Assembly: GCA_964016885.1 (NCBI GenBank)
Contig: OZ024743.1
Coordinates: 256,432,001-256,496,000, forward strand
Reading direction: 5' to 3'
Length of the DNA: 64,000 nucleotides
From: Eledone cirrhosa
Lineage: Eukaryota
Positions 26,740 to 41,107 of the stretch are shown piece by piece (position 1 is the first letter of the stretch; every line of letters starts with the position of its first letter). The notes beneath the pieces are model-generated. The model worked only from the letters and a program-made list of their open reading frames with translations. It searched no databases and was not told where the DNA came from. The position numbers were made by a program, and so were the translations under genes.

Positions 26740-28709
26740 CACACATGTATATACATATATACACAGACATATACATATATACAATAATTTCATATATATA
26801 AAGAGAAAAAGAAAGTGTTTAGATACACACATGTATTTTGATGATATTCCAATTTGTTCAAATGAAATAAATGAAAAATAAAAACAAGAGGAACTGAAAC
26901 AAAACCAGAGAATTCATATTCTTTTCAATCAACAAAAATATATTAAATATCAAAGTTAAATCTTTAAAAAAAGAAATGATTTAAGTAAAAATGTGTTTGT
27001 ATTATTATGCAGTCATATGAAAATAGATATTTCCAGGAAGATAAAAGAGGTTATGAAAGAAGGTAAAAAAAGAAAATGGCAAAGATAACCAAATACATCC
27101 AAGTTAAAAGCATTCATTACTTGAACTCTATTTAAAGAATTTACTTATCTGCAGTAAAATGCCTACATTAACTGGTTATCTACGTACATGGTTTAGACAA
27201 GTGGCATAAAACACCATTGTTATAATGCTTACAATGCATTCTTTAAAATCATAGGAAAGCCGAAAGAAAATAAATATATTGAATCATAGAATGGGATTAA
27301 AAGAAGCAGAATGAAAAATATATCCAGGATATCTGTAAAAGGAATATTTAAGAAGATATTTATATCAATTTGTTGCAGTGGGTCTCCAGCTATTCCGGGA
27401 GAAATGCTGTAACAATTCATCTGTGTTGGAGTATTGTCAGCAATAAATATATCTTCGTTATATGTTATCACCATCATTAAACACTCTGGGTATTTTTCTA
27501 AGAGTTGTAGTTTTCTCGATGGAATAAGATAATTATATAATTATGAACCTAAGAAGAACTTTTTCTTTTCTTTTCTTTTCTTTTCTTTTCTTTTCTTTTC
27601 TATATTCATAAAATTGCTATATTTTAAACACAGATGACATATGTGAATGCACTTATCTGTATAAAATGAAGAGAAAAATAAGATGCATCACTTTATTTTA
27701 ATATATATGCACCCACTACACTCTGTAAAACCATAGTGCTAGTGCCACTATAAAATGCAGCAAGCCTACTCTGTTAAGTGGTTGTGCTTGTGCCATCTTC
27801 AAATCCATTCAGCCTACTCAGTAAAGTATTTGTGTTGGTATCCAAATCAAATGCACTTAGCCCACTCGGTAATGTGGTAATGCTGAGGCCATAAAATGCA
27901 CCTAATATACTCTGTAAATTGCCAATCCAGATGTCAAGATGAAATGCAGCCAGTACACATGGCAAAGGTGCTAGCATTAGGAAGAGCATCCAACCATAGA
28001 ACCCATTCCAAAATGAAACATATGAGAAGACATATCTCAGACCATGACAACCTATCCAACTCATGCCAGCATGAAAAACATACAACAAGAGTGTTGATAA
28101 TTGGTGAAAAATATACAACACGAGTGTTGATAATTGGGGATATATATATAATACAAGAGATAGTATATTTGTCATCATCATGATTATCATAATTTTATGT
28201 CTACTTTCCCATACTTGCATGGTTTCAATGAATCCTTTTTAGCACAGCATTCTTCCACACATCATGTTCCTTCATCATCATCTCTGTAAGATTCAGCAAT
28301 TTGCAATCAGCCTTACCACCTCTGCTCAGGTTTTCCTTGGGCTTCTACTGCAGTTTCATCCCACTTGGATTTCCTGACATTTCTTCTCCCAGGGAATATC
28401 ATCCATGTGCATAACATTTCCATACCAGCTCAGTCTTCTCTCATGCACACTACATCAGATACTTCTTATACTCAGCTATTCTCTCATTCTCTCAGTAATC
28501 CATGATTATTTCATTCATGCTTATTAATATTGCATACCCATCAAAACATAGTTGCTTAATTTCTCATTATTTCAATTGCATAAATGTATACAAATGACTT
28601 CATGTTTAGTTTAATTAATCCTTTACATTTTTTACTGCTATATAAATGCCTTTTTAAAGCCACAACACATTGTTCTAATGCAGAGAATGTGTGTGTTTAT
28701 GTGTAAAAA

Positions 28710-29038
28710 CATGAAGCTTAATGGTTAGAGTGTTGAGCTCACAATCCTGAGATTGTGAGGTGAATTCTTAGACCTGGTGGCCTATTGTGGCCTTGAGTAA
28801 GCCACTTTATTTCACATTACGCCAGTTCATTCAGCTACAGAAATGAGTTGTGAAGTCATGGGTGCCAATCTGTATTGGCAATTTCCTTTACCTTGAGCAA
28901 CATTCGTGGCATAAAGAGAGAAGAGTGGTATACATGCCCTGGACTTCCACAAGAACACCTTGCCCAGGCTTGTTCTTGGAGGGGATATTTCTAGGTGCAA
29001 AACCATGGTCACCCATGACCAAGCGGCCCTATGATGAC
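28710..29038 (+). mobile_element. Older CORE-SINE with a different 3' half
   Basis: Same head and CORE segment, divergent tail. Confidence 0.65.
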
Positions 29039-29232
29039 AATATATATATAGTGACTAAAAGGACATGTGGCTTTAGAAACCTTGTCAAAATCAGAAAATA
29101 TGTAAGCAAAACATGGCTCCGTGGCCTGATTGAAAGAACATTAGCTTCGATAAAGTACTGTTTCGGTCTGTGAAGACCCATCCAACCCATGTGAATGAGG
29201 TAAAATAGACACTAAATTAAAATGATGGTGAT

Positions 29233-29264
<32 letters not shown>

Positions 29265-29455
29265 GGAACAAGTATGACCCCAACGGCAGAGCTCAAGCCG
29301 TTTCGACGGCTATTTCTGTCCAGAAATAGCCGTTGAAACGGCTTGAGCTCTGCCGTCGGGGTCATACTTGTTCCTATTACCCACTCTACAACCATAAGTA
29401 TTGAGTACTTTGGTGCGTTATGGTCCACCTGGTTCCTTACCACATTTCCTTCGTT
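29265..29455. mobile_element. Mini fold-back derivative of the 47695-51353 PLE family
   Basis: Arms ~29265-29317 and ~29321-29374 plus an ~81-nt tail; TA flanks. Confidence 0.8.
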
Positions 29456-29466
29456 ATATATATATA

Positions 29467-29741
29467 GATGTGTTGTTTCCTTGAACAAGACACTTTATTT
29501 CACATTGCTCCAGTTTACTCAGCTGTAGAAATGAGATGATAGGGAGTGGTGTCCCTATCATTCCACTGCAAAGTGGTCGTGGAGGTGCCATGGCAAAAAA
29601 GCACCCAGCACTCACTGTAAATGAGGTTGGTGTTAGGAAGGGCATCCAGCTGTAGAAATCAAGCCAGAATCAGTTCCCGTCCCACCCTTCCAAGCAGGGA
29701 AAAGCGGACGTAAAAATGATGATGATGATGATGATGATGAT
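29467..29741 (+). mobile_element. 5'-truncated CORE-SINE with (GAT)n tail
   Basis: Matches the 12480 family from gatgtgttgtttcc onward. Confidence 0.85.
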
Positions 29742-30887
29742 ATATATATATATATATATAAGCACCTAAAACTACAAAGAAACTTTGTTGACAGCAGGAA
29801 TTCTCCATTTGTCTACCTACTGCAAATTTTCTATGTTCAATTTATCCCATGCACAAATTTTGGATATATATATATATATGATGAATGTCTAGATTAACTA
29901 TCTTTTTAGCATTACCATGCTACACATTTTGCAATGTCTATTGTACTAATTGAGTCACAATCTGTTGTTTATTTATTTCTAGTAATATTTTTATGCATTT
30001 ATATCTCTCTTTTATACATTTATATCTCTTTTGCTGTCCATTCTTTATTGCGATATTGTCTTACATGCCTTTTACCAACATAATTGGTTTCCAATCGGTT
30101 GGCATTACAACTGCAATCTCACCTTAATGCACAAAATTGCATGCCAACAGGTGGCTGAAGAAGTTAAGATGCAGCTGTTTTTTCTCTGTACATTTCCTGC
30201 TAATACTATATATCAATGTTTTCCGAAAGAACAACTAATAAATGTATTACATTAGGGATATCTCACTTAGCTGTTGTAAACAGCAGCCCCTAAGATTTTT
30301 AGTACCTGTTTTCTAGTTGCATATATTTTATTGGTTGAATCAAGTATAATGAAGCAGGTTGAATTTTATATCAAACTGTCACTACATGATTATAGATCAA
30401 TTAATTTCAGTCAATGAGCTCTTTAATATGATTTCAATTGCCCATTTATTCAAATAACAAAATTAAATAAATGTAATGATTTTTATAATTTCTTTTTACC
30501 CTTGAGCTCTAACTTAAAAACTTCTCTTTTTTTGAAATATGAAAATGATTATTAAATTAAAGCATGGAATACAGTGTTTTATTAAATCTGCTAATAATTA
30601 GTTAAACATCCAAACTCAAAACAATACATAATGGAAACATATATTAACACTTTCATTACCATATTTCTAATATAAATCACTGCTTATGATTTTCAAATTA
30701 TTTTGAAAATAGTCAGGAATCTGAAGGTGCTAAGTAATGCATCTACCCTTCTTATTGTTAACTCTTTGTTAACATATTTCTAATGTAGATCAATGCATAT
30801 AATTTTTTAATAACTTAAAAAATAAATTTGAAAATAATCAAGGATTTTGTAATATAACTTTTTCTTTATTTAAGATGATGTTTTAGT

Positions 30888-31290
30888 GTGGTAGATTGGC
30901 AATATCAGTAGAGCATCAGACAAAGTGCTTTGCAATATTTAGTTACAACTTTCTACATTCTGAGTCCAAATCCTGCTGAGGTCATCATTGTCTTTCGCCC
31001 TTGCTTAGTCAATAAAATAAAGTACCTGATATGAATGACCAACTAGTTATCTGGCTCAAAGAAACAATTTTCCAATCTTAGTCTAAAATAAGCCTGAATT
31101 CAGTGATAAAAACATCACCAAAACAAAATGTCATCTACCATGATTGACAATGTGCATCCTTTCTATAATGTCAAGGGAGGTCACTGCATTTATACATTTT
31201 CCATTACAGTACCAATCAAATAGTGGGATCGATATAACTGACTTTCCCTTTGCCCTAAATTGCTAGTCTTGTGCCAATATTAGAAAGAAT
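30888..31290 (+). mobile_element. Degenerate, interrupted OK/OR-like SINE
   Basis: ttctgagtccaaatcctgctgaggtc..aataaaataaagtacc and cttgtgccaatattagaaa, as in 36899-37095. Confidence 0.5.
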
Positions 31291-31633
31291 TTCAAAGTTG
31301 ATGTTTGGAGTATAACTTAAATATTCTAATATAAAGTTAAGATAGAAGATTTTTAGATAAATACAAACACTTTAACTTTTTTGTTACCATATTTTTAATG
31401 AAAGACACTGCCTAGGATTTTCAAATAATTTTGAAAATCATAAGAAATTTGTTTACTACTATTTTTATTTAATTTATAACATGATTGTATTTGTTATTAT
31501 TGTTGCTGGCTACATTCTTTGCTTTACACGTCCAGATCATTTTTCAATTAAATTTTTTTAAACAAATTCTTGTTGCTAAGATACCCTATCAATGAAACAA
31601 TGAAATAAGACAATGGAAAACCTGAACCAAATC

Positions 31634-31805
31634 TATCATCATCATCACCACCACCACCACCACCACCACCACCAATACTATCATCAATACAAACATCATC
31701 CTCATCCATACAATTACAGTCATCACCATGAATATCATCACCACCACCCCAACACTGTCATTATCACCCAATACTATCATTATCACCACATATCATCACC
31801 ATCAC
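31634..31805. repeat. (CAT/CAC)n low-complexity repeat
   Basis: Trinucleotide runs. Confidence 0.85.
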
Positions 31806-32316
31806 ATCGCACAACTGTATAGAGGACAAAAATATTCAACAGAGAAGCTGACATTGATGCCAAGCAATAATTTAGTGTAATATTGAAATAAAGAAAATCT
31901 AAGCACTCCCTCTCTCTCGATCAGAAACTCACTAATACACACACACTTTCCCCCACCAACATTTGCACACACTCTCCCAAACAAAAATACAATACTATAT
32001 ACACAGATATACACACAAGACACATACTAATAAACACATGCACACATTAATGCACACATTTACACACATTCTCTTTCAACCACACCCTCTCTCTCTTAAT
32101 CTTCACCTTAGATAACATTTAAATATTCAGAAATAGTGTAACAAATCCAAGATATATTTCCTTCCTGTGTTATGTGTGATCTGAGAATCTGAAGAAGTGA
32201 CAGTGTGGACAAACTCTGCTTGTTTCTTCCTGAAACTAAGTGATAATATAACAGTTTATCTTGTTAACTCATACATCGCCGATGTTACAATTTTGTTTTT
32301 TCTTTAGCTTTTCTCT

Positions 32317-32384
<68 letters not shown>

Positions 32385-32894
32385 CGATCTCATTCCCTCT
32401 TTCTTTCTTGGAAAATTTCTCCCTATTTTCAATCTATCTCTTTCCTGGTCTTGCTTTTTGTTTCAGAGTCTCTCTCTATCGCATTTTTGGTCTCTCTCTG
32501 TTTCTTTCTTGATCTCTTTCTCTTTGCCTCTCTCTTTATCTCTCTCTCTCATTTTTGGTCCTCCCCTCTCTTCTAGTCTCCATCTCCCTCTCACTTTCTC
32601 GGTCTTTCTCATTCTCATCTTTCTCAGTTTCTCTCCAGCCGCCTCTCTTTCTCATCTCTCATTTTTTTTATTTCTCCAGCTGTTCTTTTTTTTATTTGTG
32701 GTTTGCCTGCCATATTTATCATTCCTACATTTACAATAGAATGAATATAACAACAACATCAATACCAAAAATATTTCCCCCAGTTCCTCTTTCTGTTCTT
32801 CTTCTCTACATCTTTACAGATATATCTTAATGTAAACAGATGTTTCAAGACATTCATTCTTTTTTATGTGTATTACATATACAAACAGTGGCCT

Positions 32895-32928
<34 letters not shown>

Positions 32929-32929
<1 letters not shown>

Positions 32930-33248
32930 ACGAAGGAAATGTGGTAAGGAACCAGGTGGACCATAACGCACCAAAATACTCAATACTTAGGGTAGTAGAG
33001 TGGGTAACAGGAACGAGTAGGACCCCGACGGCTGAGCTCAAGCCGTTTCGACGGCGAATTTTGGACTAAATGAAAATTTTTATCCTGGTATTTGAATAGC
33101 CGACCAATCCTTGTGACAATCACTTTTACCATATATGGAATTACCCCCTGAGAAGCTCGGCTATTCAAATACCAGGATAAAAATTTTCATTTAGTCCAGA
33201 ATTAGCCGTCAAAACGGCTTGAGCTCAGCCCTCGGGATCCTACTTGTT

Positions 33249-33250
<2 letters not shown>
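32929..33250. mobile_element. Fold-back terminal derivative of the 47695-51353 PLE family, with a mutated hammerhead at ~33143-33238
   Basis: Left arm on minus with long tail, right arm on plus ending ..cttgttcc; GAAA changed to AAAA. Confidence 0.8.
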
Positions 33251-33336
<86 letters not shown>

Positions 33337-33409
33337 AATATATGTGTGTGTGTAAATATATATGATGTATATATGTATATATATGTGTGTGTGTGTGTCA
33401 ATGTTTGTG

Positions 33410-34100
33410 TGTTCATAATAGCGCCCATTACTAGATTGTATTTATGTGGGTTGCCAAGTGTGCCAATCATTCCTTTCCATGTCAGGTAGTCAGTGTCAAC
33501 ATGTGCATTGATGTCTTCCATTAGGATATATAACTCAGTCTCAACTAGGTCTAATGCTGCAGTAACTTCATCAAGGAAGGATCTATGTTCAAACCGTCTG
33601 TTTGGCACATAAACTTGCACAACCCAGAGAGACCTTTCTTTCAACCTAAGCTTCAAGAGGCAAATCCTCCCTCCCAATGGGATCTAGTTCTGAATACATT
33701 CTGACAGCTGGGGGCTTGTGAGTATCCCCACTCCTGCCTGTGCTGTCATTTCTGGTATCACACATAAAAAGTGTACTACATCCAAATCTACGGTACCAAA
33801 GCCACAGAACTTTGTCAAGGAACCCCTAACTATATCTAGCCAGTAGCATCTGGAATCCTCCACTAGTTCCTGATCCTTGCCTGTAAGATGTGTAACGTTA
33901 TATTTACCAATTATCAAGATTTGCTCCCTTCTAGATCATCTCTGGTATTTCAAGATTTGTAACCAGAACAGGCCGCAGGCCCATCATCAGTTCTTGCATA
34001 AATAGATAGAACTTCAATATATTTTTCGAACAGGCCCCTCTACCTAAGGCCTGAACATGGCCCTTGTTATTTCATGTGGTATGGGTGCCTTTCTGGTCAT
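33410..34100 (-). pseudogene. RTE-type LINE 5' region and N-terminal AP endonuclease, inverted relative to the adjacent piece
   Basis: IGKYNVTHL, AQAGVGIL, VVQVYVPN, ILMEDINAHV, WKGMIG, IMNT. Confidence 0.75.
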
Positions 34101-34104
34101 ATTG

Positions 34105-34460
34105 CAGCATGGTGACCTCCAGGAATACACATGATATAATGGGAATAATGGACAGAGATCAATAATTGATTTTCTTATTGTCTCTGATCTTTTCGATTCT
34201 GTGCTCGACGTCTGTGTTAAGAGAAGGGCTGGCTGTTAACTGATCTAGTTATTTGCAGCCTGAGACACCCTAGAGGAAAGAAAACCCAGCTTGTAGGTCC
34301 AGCTTGACCTACAGGATAAAGAAACTAGGAACAGGTATGTGGATATTATTGCATCCAGATTTAAAAAAGTCCCTGAACAAACTGAGGACGTTCAATTAGA
34401 ATGGAAACTGTTCTGCTCTTAAATGTTGTGGGTGAAAATGGCTTGTTATGGCGTTTGGGA
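34105..34460 (+). pseudogene. C-terminal part of the same AP endonuclease
   Basis: QHGDLQEYT*, GQRSIIDFLIVS, VLDVCVKR. Confidence 0.65.
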
Positions 34461-34469
34461 GGATGCAAA

Positions 34470-34945
34470 AGGCCCTATACTGGAACATTACGTGGAAAAG
34501 AAGTCTTAGTCACCAGTGTAGGCTAAAGTGAAATGCTGGCCAACAAACTGAAACTAGCATTTCACAGCAAATTCTGAGATCTATTGTCAAACAAGTATTA
34601 TTGTTGCATGAAAATGCATGCCTACATAAGGGTGTCCATACTGTTGAAACCATTAAAAAAATGGGTTTTATGTTGCTGGAACATCCTGCATACAGTCAAA
34701 TCTTTGGCCTGCTGAAACATTCTTTATTAGGTCATCGATCTGCTATGGACAAAAAAGTGAAGGAAGTGGTGCAAAAATGGTTGTATGACCAGTTGAAAAC
34801 CTTCTTCTCCGATGGAATAAGTAGCCTTGCGGATCCCTGGAAGATGTACATCAAACAGGAAGGAGACAATGTTGAAAAATGATGCAATTGTTCAACCCTG
34901 CTTTTGTTTTAATAAATTACAGAAACAAAAGCACCTATAAATTCT
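34470..34945 (+). mobile_element. Mariner transposase C-terminal remnant
   Basis: LLHENACLH (HDNARPH-like), EHPAYS (HPPYSP-like), FFSDGI..L..W..I..EGD.VEK. Confidence 0.8.
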
Positions 34946-34999
34946 TACTTGTTCTCATTATTCAGCAGCACATTCCTCAAATTTTGAAGCTTGTATTCC

Positions 35000-35830
35000 A
35001 ATGTATTCAATATTCTCTTTCAGTTCATCCTTGTACATAAGAAGAGGCCTGAAGCTGGCCATAAATGAGAAATCTTGGCATCTATAACATTCATCCTAAC
35101 GTAGCCAGCTCATCTTAATTGTGACTGCATCAAGAAAGTCTCTATACTTTGTAAATTTTTTTATGAAACAACTGTTTATTTCAGACTTGAGCTTCCATGT
35201 GAAACCACAAATATTTCAAGACATCTCTTATGGAAAGTATCCAGTTGTGTGATACAACTTTGTGTCCACAATTCGGACCCATGCAGCAACACTGAGATAT
35301 TGTAAACTGAAATGTTGGTTTTCAAATACAATCCTCTCTCATTCCATACCCTTCCTTGCAGAGTTCCAAAGGCATCACTAGCCTTGGTGATCCTATTCAC
35401 TATTTCATCGTCTAGAGAAGTGCGAGAATTGATTTTACTTTTTAATTATGGAAAAGGCTTCATATACTTTAAAAGTCTGTTGTTCACAAGAATTTGACAC
35501 GGTAGTGTGCTGTATTGGGGTTTGATAGTGATATTCCTCTTCTTAGAATAGGTATAGTTTTATACTAGTAAATAACCTCTGTCTTTTTCACACTTATTGT
35601 TAGACCAAATGCTTTTGCCACAGTGGAAAACTGTCTTATGATTTCTTGTAGCTCCTGGAAAGAATTAACTACTAGAGCTGCATATTCTGCAAACAAGAAG
35701 TCAAAAAGCATTTTTGTCCTAACACAGGTCTTTATAGTAAATAGTTGGTAATTAAATAGTTCACTTGATGCTCTAAATTAAAAGAAAACACCATTATTAT
35801 AGTCCTTGAAAGCATTCTCTTTTTCTTAAG
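35000..35830 (-). mobile_element. Decayed RTE LINE RT fragment
   Basis: RITKASDAFGTLQGRVW, VLLHGSELW, LDTFHKRCL. Confidence 0.7.
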
Positions 35831-36718
35831 GAAAAAGAAATAGCCAAGAACATCTTATCATCAAGCTATATTTTGCACATGAAACTCTTGCATATATGAT
35901 AAAAGGGCCTTCTGTATTAGCAAGTATAATGAACATGTACAGGAAGTGCAGGAATGTAAATTTCCCAAAATATAAAAAAAGAAGTGATAAACTGATGTGA
36001 AGTGAATAAAACGCTACATAGTTGAGTGTATTTATATGTATGTGGTGTGTCTTTGTTTGTGCAAATACACACACATTCACACACACACATTATATATATA
36101 TATATATATGCATATATATATGCATACAGATACACACACACATGGACATCTATTTGCATATTTATGTGTGCATGTATGTACAAATGAACACAAACATGTT
36201 TTCATTCACACACACTCAAACATATATGTATCTATATGCATACATATAGAAATAAATAAATATGTTGGGAGATTATTTCATAATCATCTAATCAAATACT
36301 CTTCTAATATGTTTATGCATTACATAAGATTACATATATGTATAAAATGAACTTAGTTATTTACACTGAAATTTCATTTTCAGTAGGAAACTGTAGCTGT
36401 TGGCTATTATCTTGTTAATATACCACAATGATGAATGATATTCAAATGATAAAATGAGATACCCTAATCTAGAGAAGGAATCAACAGGAAGTGACATCAT
36501 AGATACAAATTCCTGAATATTGTTCTCATTCTCTGAGGCATATTTCTCTATGAAATTATCCCCAGTTCAAAGAATAGTTAACTTATTTTCATGCACTAAA
36601 ATACATAAGTTTTTATTCTTACAAAAATCAATTTTCAAAAATATCCTCTTTATGCATGCTATAATTATATTAATACATATTTAAATATTCTAGTTTTATT
36701 ATTACACACGATACTTAG

Positions 36719-37095
36719 TGGCAGTGAGTTAGGGCTCTTTATGTTCTGAGTTCTCCTGCCAAAGTTAGCTTTGCTTTTCATCATTATGGGTTCGATAAAA
36801 TAAGGTACCAGACATGCACTGGGGACAATTTAATCAAGTTTCCCCTCCCCCAAAATTGTTGGCCTTGTGCCTAAATCAGAAACCATTATTATTATTAAGG
36901 CGGTGGATTGGCAGTATCGGTAGAGGATCGGACGCCATGCTTTGACGCATAGTTACGGCCCTTGCCTTTCTGAATTCAAATCCCGCCAAGGTTAACTTTG
37001 CCTTTCATCCTTACAGGGTCGATAAAATAAAGTACCAGTAATGCACTGGGTAACTGCTGGCCTTGTGCCAAAAGTAGAAACAATTATTATTATTA
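36719..37095 (+). mobile_element. Two tandem OK/OR-like octopus SINE copies (~36719-36897 and ~36899-37095) with (ATT)n tails
   Basis: Shared ttctgagttc..ctttgc.tttcatc..gg.tcgataaaataa.gtaccag..gcactggg..ggccttgtgcc. Confidence 0.7.
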
Positions 37096-37101
37096 ATTGT
37101 A

Positions 37102-37261
<160 letters not shown>

Positions 37262-37400
37262 GAAGGAGTGGTGCCAGAGTTGTGAAATCTTGCATGCATT
37301 AATTTCAACTCAAAAGTCAGTCATTATTAACTGCATTGGTTTTCCCAGGGACTATGTTGAAAAATATATCTTATTTGGTCATTCCATGAGAGTATCTTGG

Positions 37401-37498
<98 letters not shown>

Positions 37499-38384
37499 GT
37501 TTTTTATATATATTTACCTCGGCTGCATTTGTCTTTTTCTCTCTTACTGCTTCCCCGCTCTCTCTGTTTCTCTCACCTTCTTTCGCCCCTCTGTCAGTTA
37601 CACTTTCTCTCGACTGACCTCGTCCTTACACTTCCACTCACTCACTCTCTGCTTCTCCCCTTCTCACTTCCTCTCGTTTGGCTTGTGTGGGTCTCTTCTT
37701 GCTCACATCTCACACACATCAACATGGTCTGTACCTCTCTTGCTCATGAAATCCACCCAGCTTATGCTGACCAGACAACCATGTTGCTTGTTTATTTTCC
37801 TATCTTTGGTTTGCTTTTACCTTTCTATGTTGTTTACTTGTCCCCCTCGCCTTACGCGAATTCTGGTCCCAATAACTTTTTTTAGTTATTGTTCGCACCA
37901 ACCTGAGGTATCTGATTTTTAATGCGATGAAATACCAATGATGGTTGGAAAATCACTGACAAAGGACTATTTTTATCATATGTAACCCATGTGCAAACCA
38001 CGCAGTATTCTTCTTTCTTCTCATGTTTTTTTATATATATATATATATATACATGAATGTCGTCTGCTTCATACAAAGCTGGCCAATTTCCTGCACTTTA
38101 TGTCTGTCCGTCCTGGCTTGAGATCTCAAATTGATTTTGAGTTCTCAAAGCCTGTGATAGACCCATCCTAAAATGATACAATGATGCCTTATCTAATTAT
38201 TTTTACCACTTTCGGTTTGCTTATTGTGTATGCTCAGATGTTGCTTCAATCCACCATCAAATTTGCAAATTTTCTGACAAACATGGTTGTGGAACTGATT
38301 TTCTACAATGAAGTTTGAAAAATCAACTTGGACTTTATTATCATGTTGTCATTGGTTTGACTTCAAGCCAGCATTTGAAAGGCA

Positions 38385-38800
38385 CACCTTAGGGCACACA
38401 GGGCATTTGAAATCTAACACTAGATAAAATTCATCATTATTACTGTTGGTCTCATTTTTCTACACTTTTCATTTCAGTTCTGCATATTTTATCCTCTCTA
38501 TTTCAAAGGCTTTAACTCCATTCTAAATAGCATTTATCCAGGCTATTCTATCTTCTGCACATGAGTCAAGATATTTGTAGGGTGTGTTAAGGCATTTTTA
38601 GTTCACTTGTAGAGAGTCTTTGTATCTCCTACTTGGCTTACTATTTATCCTTTTGCCCAGCTTGAGTTCACCATAAAATATTTTGTTGGGGAACAACCAT
38701 CATCCATACAAATCATGTGACCTGTCCATCTTAACTGATTCTTAATAAGCATAGCTTGAGTAGATGTAACGTTTTGGGGCATGAAGTTGCTATTCAGTTT
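38385..38800 (-). mobile_element. RTE LINE 3' fragment
   Basis: QAMLIKNQLRWTGHMICMDD, FYGEL, YKDSL. Confidence 0.7.
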
Positions 38801-41107
38801 GACAAATAGTATGACAAGACAGAATCCTTCATGAACATACATATATATAGATGTATAATCACACACACACACACATACAAACCCATATTTTCATATTCTC
38901 ATATTACTGTATTAATTTGATATTCTCACTTTTTTACTTTTTTCTTGTATATTTTCACTTAGTAATATTTATTACCCAGCTATCATACTTTATAATATTA
39001 GACATTACATAATCCACACATTTAATTTTAAATTCCTAACCGATAAACATTTATCCATTAATTTCTTTATTCATTTATTTACTACATTCATCAATATAAT
39101 ATGCATTTGTGATTAATAGGATGACCTCAGTTGTCATGCTAGACACTAGTGGAAGTGGTGGAGATGAAGCATGCTGCCACTGGAATCTTACTGTATGAGT
39201 ACAGGTGACATAAATGTGGTTGGTGTATGCTAGATTATAAACCTCTAATAGATAAGCCTTTTAAGTTAAATTGAACTCAGTGATCATCATATGAAGTTGA
39301 AATATCTCACCAAAGATGGGGGTTTTCGTACATGATTGGTAGGCTTCTCCTGATAGTTGTAAATGAAATACAAAGAGTAGGGGAGTAGTGGGTAGTTAAT
39401 CAATACCCCATCTCCATGCCTGCAAGCATGTGTAAAGAGGAACTCAAATTCATAAGGAGACAGACTTTGATAAAGGAAACATCCAACTTGTTTGTCACCT
39501 TGTCTATAGCTTGTATTGTAAATATTACATAACATTACTTATTACTTAAGATGCTGTATAATGAAATCCTGCTGGAGGTTGCGTGGTCACCACATCACAT
39601 AATCATGAATGCGACAGAAATATGTTTGTGGCTGATTAAGAATAAAAGGAATCCTATGTATCTATCAGGCCATTGCAATTATTATAATTGTAAGTATACT
39701 CCAACAAGGACTACCAAATCACATTTGAAAAGGTACACATGGCATCAGGCGTTGAATCTATTTGCTTCATCATTTATTGGTTGGTGTGTTGCAAACAAAA
39801 AAACACACGAAGTAAAATAGCAGACACTAACAGCAAGCAGGAAATAACACAGAACTAGTGCTTACACAAAAATGAGCATTACTCCACACAAACGTCATCA
39901 GCAAACCTCACTAGCACCGATAAATACACACAGAATTAACTCTTGTTGAAGCACTCGAGCTGACAGTGACATACTAAAACACACATACCATCATTAAAAC
40001 AAAATTATTAGCACATGAAAAAGTACATAAGCAGCTCATCATGCACCTACTTGAGCTGCACACCCAACCCTTCAGCCACACCTAAAGAGGCACCTACAAC
40101 AACATTTTTATTCTATGGTAGCAGTGTTAAAGTGACTACACATAATCTAGTATTCCACTATATAAATATCATTACCTATTTGCATGCAGACAACCCCACT
40201 GACCACCTTGCAACTTACATATGTACCTAAGAAAATAACGTAGGTCCTTACAGTACATAATCAATAATAATTACTCACTCCACCTTTTCCACTATAAATC
40301 TATGAAATATAATCACACCACAAACTCATTAGTACCACGAAATGTGGATATCTTAAATAAAACTAATCTATACTCTTAATCGTATCTAAAGGGACTTAAG
40401 TACTAGAAATAGTTATAGTAAACTAATTGCACTAGATATTACCTTATTAGAACTGGTTTATTGACCAAAACTGTATACGCTTTATTTTATTATACTTGAC
40501 TCTTTTCTTTTTTTATTCATTTTAATAGGCATTTATCATTGATTCGATTACTGCAATCGTTATCTCCAACATTTCTTTTAAGATAGTTCTGAGCAAAGTT
40601 TAGTTTTCCTCTAAAAATGTGAATTGTGAAGATAGTCCCGCATCAGCTTATTTAAATAATATCCAAATTCTTCAATTTGGCTAACTTTGAAAACTAACAT
40701 ATATAGTTGTCTTCAAGTGTGTGCGTGCATTGTTGATTTGGGTGGGGTTTTTTTTACAGATAACTAAGAAATTAGCCATCACAGTTCATAAATAGATCCT
40801 ACCATTCCGTCAACTCGTATTTTTTATACTTGTCACCAGGACTGACACCAATACTATAGAACTGGTGTCTGAAGGTCATGATAACATGCCTGAGAGAGCA
40901 TAAACACACACACACACACACACACAAAAACCTAATATACTTTCTCAAATATATTTCTGCCCCCTTTCCACAATTATTCTATCTAGAGAGAACAAAACAG
41001 ATACACTTGATTGCACATATAGACACACACATACTGTACATATAAACAATCACTAAGCCAGGTATCTATACACACAGCCACACACAGCTCTTCTATCAAC
41101 AAACATG

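Noticed and set aside
27229-27477. Possible host exon on the minus strand (ttttacag acceptor, gtaagc donor, hydrophobic ORF)
   Set aside because: No recognisable protein motif or partner exons; RNA-seq would be needed.
31613-31822. His-rich ORF
   Set aside because: It is the translation of a (CAT/CAC)n repeat.
37898-37948. ccaac CTGAGGT..GAAA..gttgg hammerhead-like arrangement
   Set aside because: Core and cleavage site are both non-canonical and it is a single copy; possibly a decayed PLE end, but unsupported.
39551-40240. Possible very old GIY-YIG remnant
   Set aside because: Only vague motif resemblance; no consistent frame.
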